This document shows, piece after piece, positions 8,821 to 16,706 of a DNA stretch of 58,268 nt (position 1 is its first letter; each line of letters begins with the position of its first letter). The DNA is from Candidatus Woesearchaeota archaeon (lineage in GTDB: Archaea > Nanobdellota > Nanobdellia > Woesearchaeales > GW2011-AR9): positions 1-58,268 of the forward strand of contig JABHQW010000007.1 in the NCBI GenBank assembly GCA_018696595.1, in the 5' to 3' direction. Made by a program: the position numbers and the translations under genes. Below the pieces are notes generated by a model that was given only the letters and a program-made list of their open reading frames with translations, had not been told where the DNA came from and made no database searches.

Positions 8821-9378
8821 TTATTTCTTTTTCAGGAAGAACTCGTTAAGCGGGAATTCTTTCTTGTCAAGAATTTCATAAAGCAGACCTATCGGTGATT
8901 CTGTGATTATCTTCTCAGTGGAAAATGGATAAATATGTAAGATTTCAACTTCTCTGGAAAACTTCGTCTGCATTTTAGCAACGTATCTATCCATTTGATC
9001 TAAATCCTTAAAGCCCATAATCAATATATGGCTCGCTTTAGGCTCTGTGACACGATAAGCATTAATCACGTAGGGGATTTGCTTAATCCTCTGTGAAATC
9101 TGTTCATCACTATGAGAATCCCAGACTTCTGAAGTTAGCTTAATGATGAGCATCGCCATTACTTTAATCCCTAATTTCCTTAAATCAAGAATAGGCTGAT
9201 AGCCTTTAATTATACCTTTATCTTCTAACTTATGACGAATCTTAAAAACAGCTTGAGGAGAAAGACCCATCTTTTTAGCTATTTCTGTATCGGGCAATTT
9301 AGCAGACTGGATAATCGTCTTTAAAACTTCCTGATCATTTCTTGTTAAGTGGGGGTTCTCTGGGTCTGGCTGCTTCAT
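8821..9378 (-). CDS. Lrp/AsnC family transcriptional regulator
   Basis: HTH TEIAKKMGLSPQAVFKIRHKLEDKGIIKGY followed by a RAM-type domain. Confidence 0.9.
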   Translation of the reverse strand: MKQPDPENPHLTRNDQEVLKTIIQSAKLPDTEIAKKMGLSPQAVFKIRHKLEDKGIIKGYQPILDLRKLGIKVMAMLIIKLTSEVWDSHSDEQISQRIKQIPYVINAYRVTEPKASHILIMGFKDLDQMDRYVAKMQTKFSREVEILHIYPFSTEKIITESPIGLLYEILDKKEFPLNEFFLKKK

Positions 9379-9698
9379 AGTAAGCTAAAATAACTAACAA
9401 CTTTAAAAGCATTTCTAAGAAATTTAAATAACTCTCCGCCCCATGGTTTTACTCTGCTTTGCAGTAATTGATATGCCTATTAGTGAACTACGGTGCCAGT
9501 GCGATTTTCGGCGGTAAAAATACTCTGCGATTTAATGTTCTCCGTGAGGAATTAATAAAAAAATTCTAGTCTCACTCCGAACTTAAATCTTGGTCTCCCC
9601 ACTCCGCAAACATATCACTGTAAAAGTAGATGTTTAAATCGAAAGAACCCGCTTCTGTAAGTCGCTATAATTCCCTAAATGTTTGCTCGTAAGTCGAC

Positions 9699-9810
9699 GA
9701 ACTTAACAGGAATTATGCGGTTGCGTTACTCAGGCTCCCCTCTAAAGGGGTCGCCCTGCGTTACTCACCCAAATGGCTTCGCCACTTCGCATAATTCCAC
9801 CGTTATACGT
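9699..9810 (+). repeat. Junction J7 with a 94-nt attC-like palindromic insert
   Basis: gaacttaac-aggaattatgcg...cgcataattccacc-gttatacgt; near-identical to 12271-12373. Confidence 0.8.
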
Positions 9811-10122
9811 AATTTTTTATTTGCCTTGCCTTTGGCAACTTTCTTAGCTCTTTTCCTTTCCCATGCAAAGCTCAAGTAAAAACCGAAAAGAAAGCTTCGG
9901 GCTACGTCGGGAATGTTTAACGTTGGTACTTTCGTTTAGTCGGATAAAACAAAAAGAATTCAATTGAAACTGAATATAACATTGACTAAACGGCTTCGCT
10001 TCGCTACGACCCAAATTTTTTTAATGAATCTAAATCAAGTAATAATTACAAAATACTATTAATTTCAGATGAATTTATAAACTAATCCTGAAATTTTTAC
10101 GCTTAAATTGACAAATAAAGAA

Positions 10123-11172
10123 ATGGAATCATTGAACTTTTTGATAACTAATGCAAAAGCACAAACTTTTCCAGGAACAGTCTACAGCTTAAAGCAAGAA
10201 TTTAAAGGAAAAATAATTTCTGTATCTTATAAAGAAAACGCAATAGGTGCATTCCTTTCTGATAAAAATTTTATAATCTCAAAAAACGATTCTTCTCAAT
10301 ACATCAGAGAAATTTTGTCCATTTGTAAAGAAGAAAAAATCGATGTAATCATCCCACTTAGTATTGAAGAAAGAATTATTTTTCTTAAAAATAAACAACT
10401 GTTTGATGAAAATGAAATTAAGATATTCTCTTCAAGTATTGAATCAATTGAGAATGCAGAAAATAAAGTTTTTCTTTATGAACTTTGTAAGAAAAATAAT
10501 ATTCTAACTCCTTATTTTTATGTTGTTAATAATTATACTGACTTAAAAGAAAAAGCGTTATTATTAGGTTATCCACAGAAAAAAGTAATCATCAAACCAA
10601 TTAATTCTTGCGGTTCGAGAGGTTTAAGAATATTAAATAAAAAAGCTGATTACAAAAAAAACTTTTATAATATTAGAGCAGATTACACTGAAATTACTTT
10701 AAGTGATCTTAGAAATATTATTGGAAGTAAATTTAGAGATTTAATGCTTTGTGAATATATCTCGGGTGAAGAATATACCGTCGACTGTTTGCGTTTAACT
10801 GAACATCATTTTTCTTTTCCTAGAATAAGAAAAGAAGTAAAAAATGGATTAACATATGTTGGCCAGATGAGTAAGCATGAAGAAATAATTCAATCAAGTC
10901 AAAAATTAGCAAATATTTTGGATTTAACAACCGTATTTGGTTTCCAGTTTAGATTGAATGAGATGAATAAGCCTGTAATCATTGATTGCAACCCTCGAAT
11001 TCAAGGAACAATGATTATGAGCACTTTAGCAGAAGCAAATGTAATAGCTGCTGGGATTAAGATTTTGTTAAATAAAACTAAAGTAGAATTTAATCCTGAT
11101 TGGAACATGACATATTATAGATTCTGGGGTGGTGTTTCTGTTGGTAAAACGAAAAAAATAGTTAATTTTTAA
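10123..11172 (+). CDS. ATP-grasp domain protein (carbamoyl-phosphate-synthase-like)
   Basis: IIKPINSCGSRG, CEYISGEEYTVD, IIDCNPRIQG. Confidence 0.85.
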   Translation: MESLNFLITNAKAQTFPGTVYSLKQEFKGKIISVSYKENAIGAFLSDKNFIISKNDSSQYIREILSICKEEKIDVIIPLSIEERIIFLKNKQLFDENEIKIFSSSIESIENAENKVFLYELCKKNNILTPYFYVVNNYTDLKEKALLLGYPQKKVIIKPINSCGSRGLRILNKKADYKKNFYNIRADYTEITLSDLRNIIGSKFRDLMLCEYISGEEYTVDCLRLTEHHFSFPRIRKEVKNGLTYVGQMSKHEEIIQSSQKLANILDLTTVFGFQFRLNEMNKPVIIDCNPRIQGTMIMSTLAEANVIAAGIKILLNKTKVEFNPDWNMTYYRFWGGVSVGKTKKIVNF

Positions 11173-12106
11173 CTATTCCCAGATGGATGATTCTTGATCC
11201 AGCATAATTAACTGGATTAGTGTTTTTTCCGATAATAATTCCATTTTCAGGAGAATGATATTCTTTTATAACTTTTCCAAAGATATCACTTACAATTGCA
11301 ATTTTTTCTCCCTTTTTTACATTAGATCTCAACCCTGGTAAAACATTTAAAATTCCACCTCCTTTAGTGTTAATTCTTTGCGAACTAGTGCAAATAGTTG
11401 GATTAGTATTAATTGAAGTTTTTCCATCAATAATATTTAGATAAATTAAGCAGTTAACTATTCCTTTAACCGCATTAGAAATCACTTCATTTTGAAATTT
11501 GTTTGGGTCCCCCAATTCTAGAGTAATCGCTATTATTCCATTTTCATTTGCCTGTCTTCTCAGGGTTCCTTTTCCACCTATTGAATTAAGGATAATATCT
11601 GAATTTAGTAGTAATGACAAATCGTAAATAACTTTATTTTTCAAATTAGCTCTAACATAAAAAGAATTCACATTTCCAATTCTCGCTGTATGTAGATCAA
11701 GAATATAATCAAAATTTTTTATAACTTTATTAAAAATATTGAACGCATAAATACTACTCTCTGTGCCATTTTCCTTTCCAGGAAATTTATAATTCAAATC
11801 TCTTCCGTCAATAAAATTTCTTTCTTTTCTTAAAAAACCAGGCACATTAATTACTGGCACTCCTACAATAATTCCTTTTAATTTATTTAAATCAATTTCA
11901 TTAAACACTTTATGGATTACCAAAAGACCATTTAATTCATCTCCATGAACTAGTGCTGTTAATCCAAATGTTGGTCCCTTTTCTTTTCCTTTTAATACCA
12001 TAACTGGAACACTAATATCATGACCCAAACTATTTGAAACTATCTTTAACCAGCAACTTGTTAATCCTACTGGAAAATTATTAAAATCCAATTCTTTTAT
12101 CTCCAT
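11162..12106 (-). CDS. Succinylglutamate desuccinylase/aspartoacylase family (M14) protein
   Basis: HGDELNG, DLNYKFPG, LDLHT, TLELG. Confidence 0.9.
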   Translation of the reverse strand: MEIKELDFNNFPVGLTSCWLKIVSNSLGHDISVPVMVLKGKEKGPTFGLTALVHGDELNGLLVIHKVFNEIDLNKLKGIIVGVPVINVPGFLRKERNFIDGRDLNYKFPGKENGTESSIYAFNIFNKVIKNFDYILDLHTARIGNVNSFYVRANLKNKVIYDLSLLLNSDIILNSIGGKGTLRRQANENGIIAITLELGDPNKFQNEVISNAVKGIVNCLIYLNIIDGKTSINTNPTICTSSQRINTKGGGILNVLPGLRSNVKKGEKIAIVSDIFGKVIKEYHSPENGIIIGKNTNPVNYAGSRIIHLGIVKN

Positions 12107-12270
12107 GAAGAGAGGTTTTATCCATAACTATAAAAATTTAATTGAATAAACCACATATATAATTGGTTTTACTCTGCTACGCAGTTATTGATAACGATTC
12201 ATTAAAAAAACTACAGTACCAACTACATTCCCGACAAATAAAAAACTCCGCAGACCATCAAAGGTCTGCT

Positions 12271-12373
12271 ACGTATAACAGGAATTATGCGGTTGCGTTA
12301 CTCGGGGCATCAAAGCCCCTGCGTTACTCACCCAAATGGCTTCGCCACTTCGCATAATTCCAACGTTATGCTC
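12271..12373 (+). repeat. Junction J8 with an 85-nt attC-like palindromic insert
   Basis: acgtataac-aggaattatgcg...cgcataattccaac-gttatgctc. Confidence 0.8.
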
Positions 12374-12950
12374 AATTAATCTTTTCCTCTTTTCCAAAAA
12401 CATCTTTATTGCCAACTTTTGCTTTCTCAACTGTTATCTTAATCCTCTTAATTCTAGTTTCTTCACGTTTCCCACGTAAGATCCATCTATAAAAAACCTT
12501 TTTTAGAGAAGCAGAGTACTTTTCAAAATTATCTTTAGCTTTCTTATTTTTATCTAAAGCTTTCTTTAATTCAACAGGTATATCTGGATTTTTTGGAATT
12601 CCAAAATCATGTGTGGGCTTCATCAGACCTTCTTTGTAAAATTTCAAGCCTGAAGGAGTCATTTTTCCACGTTCAATCAACTGTTTACCATACCCGAGAG
12701 TGTTATCACTCCATTTACTATTTTTATTCCTTCTAGAAAATGTTCTGATATACCTTTCTTCATCTAATTTTTTAAGTGTAGTATCAATCCAACCAAAACA
12801 AATCGCTTCTTCCATTAATTCTCTGTGAGAAGGAGATGACTTACCTGTATGTTTCTTGTAAACTATAACTAAAACTTTATCTTCTTTATCATGATTCGTC
12901 ACTAACCACTTTCTAAAATCTATTCTATTGAATGCAGTTATTGTCTTCAT
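12372..12950 (-). CDS. YdeI/OmpD-associated family protein
   Basis: FRKWL, EEAICFGWID, F..R...S.WS..N and IPVELKKAL motifs; GGTGA RBS. Confidence 0.9.
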   Translation of the reverse strand: MKTITAFNRIDFRKWLVTNHDKEDKVLVIVYKKHTGKSSPSHRELMEEAICFGWIDTTLKKLDEERYIRTFSRRNKNSKWSDNTLGYGKQLIERGKMTPSGLKFYKEGLMKPTHDFGIPKNPDIPVELKKALDKNKKAKDNFEKYSASLKKVFYRWILRGKREETRIKRIKITVEKAKVGNKDVFGKEEKIN

Positions 12951-13072
12951 AGTATCACCATTAATCTTTGATATCATTTAAACTTTATGGGTTTTTCTGT
13001 TTCAATATTTTATATTGGTTCAATACTCCACTTTTTGAAATCCCCTTATCCTTCAGACATATAGACCCCCCA

Positions 13073-13093
13073 GCACATAACATCATTAAGTTC
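13073..13093 (+). repeat. Degenerate junction J9
   Basis: gcacataac-atc-attaagttc(aat). Confidence 0.65.
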
Positions 13094-13139
13094 AATTTAA
13101 ACACACATCTTTATAACTGAGAAGCATATTTTGCAGTAT

Positions 13140-14390
13140 ATGGATACATCATTTAAAGATCTTAATCTGAACCCGCAATTAGAAAGAGCATTAACTAAAT
13201 TAGGATATAAAGTACCAACCCCGATTCAGTTGAAAGCAATCCCGGGTTTATTAGAAGGTAAGGACCTAATAGGTATTGCACAAACAGGCACTGGTAAAAC
13301 TGCAGCATTTGTATTACCAATACTGCACCGGATGGTTGAAAAATATCCTAGAAAAATTAGAACTTTAGTAGTTGCACCAACACGAGAACTAGCAGCACAG
13401 ATTGGAGAAAGTTTTACCCAATATGGAGAGTTCTTGAAGTTTAAACACACAGTTATCTTTGGTGGTGTTAAACAAGGAAAACAAGTTCAAGCATTAACTA
13501 AAGGAGTAGACATTCTTGTAGCAACACCAGGAAGATTATTAGATTTAATAGATCAAAGAAAATTAACTCTTAAAAATGTAGATTTTTTTGTCCTTGATGA
13601 AGCAGACAGAATGTTAGACATGGGATTCATTAATGATATTAAAAAAATAATTTCCAGATTACCTCATAAAAGACAATCACTATTCTTCTCAGCAACAATG
13701 TCTCCACAAATCAACAAACTTGCAAAGAGTTTACTTAATAACCCAATTCATGTTGAAGTTACGCCTCAAGCAACTACGGTAGAATTGATCAAACAAGAAG
13801 TCTTTTTTGTTGACCAAAAAGCTAAAGAACAGTTATTGCTTAAACTTTTGAAACATGAACACCTTACAAGTATTCTAATTTTTACTAGAACAAAACATCG
13901 AGCAAACAAAGTTGCTGTTTTCCTTAATAAGAATAATATTTCTGCCGATGCAATTCATGGCAACAAATCACAAAATGCAAGAACAAAAGCAATTAAAGAT
14001 TTTAAAACAGGTAAGATTAAAGTTTTAGTTGCAACTGATATTGCTGCACGAGGGATAGACATTCCAGAAATTTCTCATGTGATAAATTTTGAACTTCCTA
14101 ACGAACCAGAAAGTTATGTTCACCGGATTGGTAGAACTGCCAGAGCTGGAGCTAAAGGAACAGCATTTTCATTTTGTGCTGCTGAAGAAAGAAGTTATCT
14201 TCACAGTATTGAAAGATTGATCAAACAAAACATTGAAGTTATGGATCACACTTTTCATTCAGAGACTGCAAAAAACGCAGTAGGTGCAGCAGCCAAACCA
14301 GCACCAAAACAAAGAGGATCATTTAGATCAAAAAGCAAAAAATCATTTTCTAAAAAGTTTAAGCCCAAACACCGTTTTAAAAGAAGATAG
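13140..14390 (+). CDS. rhlE: DEAD-box RNA helicase (RhlE-like)
   Basis: AQTGTGKT, PTRELA, DEAD, SAT, HRIGRTAR. Confidence 0.92.
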   Translation: MDTSFKDLNLNPQLERALTKLGYKVPTPIQLKAIPGLLEGKDLIGIAQTGTGKTAAFVLPILHRMVEKYPRKIRTLVVAPTRELAAQIGESFTQYGEFLKFKHTVIFGGVKQGKQVQALTKGVDILVATPGRLLDLIDQRKLTLKNVDFFVLDEADRMLDMGFINDIKKIISRLPHKRQSLFFSATMSPQINKLAKSLLNNPIHVEVTPQATTVELIKQEVFFVDQKAKEQLLLKLLKHEHLTSILIFTRTKHRANKVAVFLNKNNISADAIHGNKSQNARTKAIKDFKTGKIKVLVATDIAARGIDIPEISHVINFELPNEPESYVHRIGRTARAGAKGTAFSFCAAEERSYLHSIERLIKQNIEVMDHTFHSETAKNAVGAAAKPAPKQRGSFRSKSKKSFSKKFKPKHRFKRR

Positions 14391-14468
14391 TAATAGAATT
14401 AACTAAGGAGATAAACTGATTTATATTTTCTTTTTAAGATTATCTAGTGTGGGGGAGGGTCAGAATTA

Positions 14469-14492
14469 GCCCATAACGTTGTTAAGCTCAAT
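14469..14492 (+). repeat. Degenerate junction J10
   Basis: gcccataac-gtt-gttaagctcaat; right half fits the junction consensus. Confidence 0.5.
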
Positions 14493-14521
14493 CGTGAAAA
14501 AAAATAAAAAATAAAAAAAAA

Positions 14522-15298
14522 TTATTTTCTACAGGCAACAATGGTTTCTCTTACACATTCACTCATTAAATCATAAGCCCCATTTTCTATGAGAGAATCA
14601 TGCAATTTACCAGTAAAACTTCCAGGTCCAGCAACTTGACCATATATTTCATCACCGGATGTTCCCATGAGTAAACGTTTTCCAATTGCCATTAAAGTTG
14701 CCCCATACATAGCTCTTGCATCTTCTTCATTCAATCCATCTAAAGAATCTATTTTGCGTTCTATTCCTTTAGCCATCAAACCAGTATCACAAGCAATCCA
14801 AGTACGATCAGCCAAAGCTTTTTCATCAACTTCTTTAGCTGAACCTCCAAAGATGTACTTTACTATTGCCTCATCTTCTTCGGTGGTTTTAGAACCAAGC
14901 GCATATGCTGCTATTTCATCAGATACAAAAATGCCAGTCATCACTCTGCAAACTCTTGATTGGTCAAGAATTGATTCTATATTTGCAATACTCTTTCCTG
15001 CGGCAAGAGAAATTACCAGTTTATCTTTAGCAGAGTATTTTATCTCTTCACAGACATCATCAAGAGAATTTGGTTTTAAACCCAGAATTACTACATCAGA
15101 ATTTTTAACAGCATAAACATTGTTATTGCTAACTTCAATGCCATATTGTTGTTGTAACTTTTCCAATCTTTCTAAGTTTCTTCTTGCTGCAATTATTCTT
15201 TGATGTCCTTTTTTCTTCAAGGCATCAATCACTTTGGTTCCTAAGTATCCCGCACCAACTACAGAAATAGTCTTATCGCTGACAAGGAATACAATCAT
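14522..15298 (-). CDS. Pyrroline-5-carboxylate reductase-like oxidoreductase
   Basis: VVGAGYLG Rossmann motif, SDVVILGLKP, ISLAAG, VAGPGSFT; divergent C-terminus. Confidence 0.7.
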   Translation of the reverse strand: MIVFLVSDKTISVVGAGYLGTKVIDALKKKGHQRIIAARRNLERLEKLQQQYGIEVSNNNVYAVKNSDVVILGLKPNSLDDVCEEIKYSAKDKLVISLAAGKSIANIESILDQSRVCRVMTGIFVSDEIAAYALGSKTTEEDEAIVKYIFGGSAKEVDEKALADRTWIACDTGLMAKGIERKIDSLDGLNEEDARAMYGATLMAIGKRLLMGTSGDEIYGQVAGPGSFTGKLHDSLIENGAYDLMSECVRETIVACRK

Positions 15299-15673
15299 CG
15301 GTATTCCCGAAAGCTGTTTCGCTTCCCATTCCTAATTTTTCCATTCTTTGTTCTAATTCCATTTTATTTTTCCTCCAAGTTTTTTTGAGGAGGGACCAGA
15401 AACATTTTTGTTTCTCGTTTCCCCCAAGTTTTGTTTTTTAGAAATATCCTAATAACTTCTTAAGAAGACAGGATAAAAAAATAATGGAGACAATTATTGT
15501 CCCGGTGTTGGCTGAAGAGAACTAAATCTATTTAAATCAGAATTTGCAATTTCAAAGTTCATTCTCTTCATCATAATTACAAGTAAGAAGAGAATCTATT
15601 TAAAACTTTCTTAATTTTTTTTAGAATACTACACAATCAAAAAATATTTAAATAACCTCTTATCTCTTTCTAG

Positions 15674-16414
15674 TTGAGGTGTAAGGTGTTAACAAATAGT
15701 TTCATTCATATCCCTGGAATTAGTAAAGAAAAAGAAGTGATGTTGTGGTCAAGCAACATTCTTAATTGGCAAGAATTTCTAGACAATGATACGTTTCCTA
15801 GCATGAGATCTTGGATAGAAGAATCAGTTGAAGCACATCAAAATAACAATCATAAATTCTTTCTCACACATTTGCCGGGTAATGAACATTGGCGAGTTTA
15901 CAAACAGTTTAATTGTTGTTTCCTAGATATTGAAACAACTGGATTAAGTAAACATTATCATGATGTTACAGTTATTGGGTTATATGATGGAAAAGAATCT
16001 AAAATATTTATTAACGGTAAAAATATGGATCAGTTTCCAGCAGAGATGGCCAAATATTCAACAATAATATCTTTCAATGGAAAATGTTTTGATGTTCCTT
16101 TCTTAAAAGCTAAATTCCCAGAAATAGATTTTAATAAGTTTCATATTGATTTAAGATACGTAATGAAATCAATTGGTTATTCTGGCGGGTTGAAGAAGAT
16201 TGAAAAAGAAGTTGGGATTTGTCGTGATGACGATCTGCAAGACATTTCTGGTTTTGACGCAATTCGTTTATGGAGACAATATCAGCGAGGAGACGAAGAA
16301 GCTTTAAAATTGCTGGTTAAGTATAATATTGCAGATATTGAAAACCTTAAAACTCTAATGGACTTTACTTATGATAAGTTGAGAGATAAACATTTCTTAG
16401 GGAAAATAGAGTGA
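15674..16414 (+). CDS. YprB-like RNase H-fold 3'-5' exonuclease
   Basis: FLDIETTGL, SFNGKCFDVPFL, YNIADIENL. Confidence 0.85.
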   Translation: MRCKVLTNSFIHIPGISKEKEVMLWSSNILNWQEFLDNDTFPSMRSWIEESVEAHQNNNHKFFLTHLPGNEHWRVYKQFNCCFLDIETTGLSKHYHDVTVIGLYDGKESKIFINGKNMDQFPAEMAKYSTIISFNGKCFDVPFLKAKFPEIDFNKFHIDLRYVMKSIGYSGGLKKIEKEVGICRDDDLQDISGFDAIRLWRQYQRGDEEALKLLVKYNIADIENLKTLMDFTYDKLRDKHFLGKIE

Positions 16415-16421
16415 TAGTATT

Positions 16422-16688
16422 CTAACGATAAGGTTTCCAAGTTGTAGAAGTAAACAAAGTTGCATCTCCCAACTCTGCTGGTTTACCAGTAAGATTATTT
16501 GTTGTTTCTGGAAGATAACCACTCTGCCCCATATTTTGTTGCATAGCAGCATCATAAGCTTTATCAGGATCGTCACCAAAGATTCTCGCCTTACCTTTAG
16601 CTTCAAGTGCTGCAGAAGTAGCACCACCCAGTGCATTATTTAATCGTTGTCTTTCTCTAAACGCTTCATGGTCAAAGTGATCTTTCAT
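16422..16688 (-). CDS. Hypothetical protein
   Basis: ORF directly downstream of cdc48 with a GGAGG RBS. Confidence 0.55.
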   Translation of the reverse strand: MKDHFDHEAFRERQRLNNALGGATSAALEAKGKARIFGDDPDKAYDAAMQQNMGQSGYLPETTNNLTGKPAELGDATLFTSTTWKPYR

Positions 16689-16706
16689 TTTTATTCCTCC
16701 AAAAAA

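Larger units (their letters stand above)
6414..9707 (+). mobile_element. Cassette g (3.3 kb; Lrp regulator, micro-ORFs, SemiSWEET)
   Basis: Ends gttaagttc / gaacttaac (9/9). Inverted blocks tatttttaccgcc/ggcggtaaaaata, gcactggcacc/ggtgccagtgc, ttcactaataggca/tgcctattagtgaa, ggggcggagagttatt/aataactctccgcccc. Confidence 0.75.
9802..12279 (+). mobile_element. Cassette h (ATP-grasp + M14 deacylase)
   Basis: Ends gttatacgta / tacgtataac (10/10). Inverted blocks ttttttatttg/caaataaaaaa, gtcgggaatgt/acattcccgac, gttggtact/agtaccaac, ttaatgaatc/gattcattaa. Confidence 0.85.
1..13093 (+). mobile_element. Tandem array of gene cassettes with dif/attC-like junctions; no recombinase in window; open at the left edge, possibly extends to ~14492
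   Basis: Joins of the form (9-nt)AAC-ATC-GTT(9-nt) at 1175-1195, 2087-2107, 3772-3792, 4767-4787, 5579-5599 and 6402-6422. Variants at 124-145, 9699-9810, 12271-12373, 13073-13093 and 14469-14492. The two ends of each unit are mutually complementary. Confidence 0.85.

Noticed and set aside
137-12279. Classical IS/MITE or composite transposons with terminal inverted repeats
   Set aside because: No transposase and no target-site duplications. Units abut through a constant ATC core, which fits site-specific recombination better. Not fully excluded.
1-14492. CRISPR array interpretation of the recurring junction motif
   Set aside because: Intervals are 0.7-3.3 kb and gene-containing, repeats are not constant 25-45-mers, and no cas genes are present.
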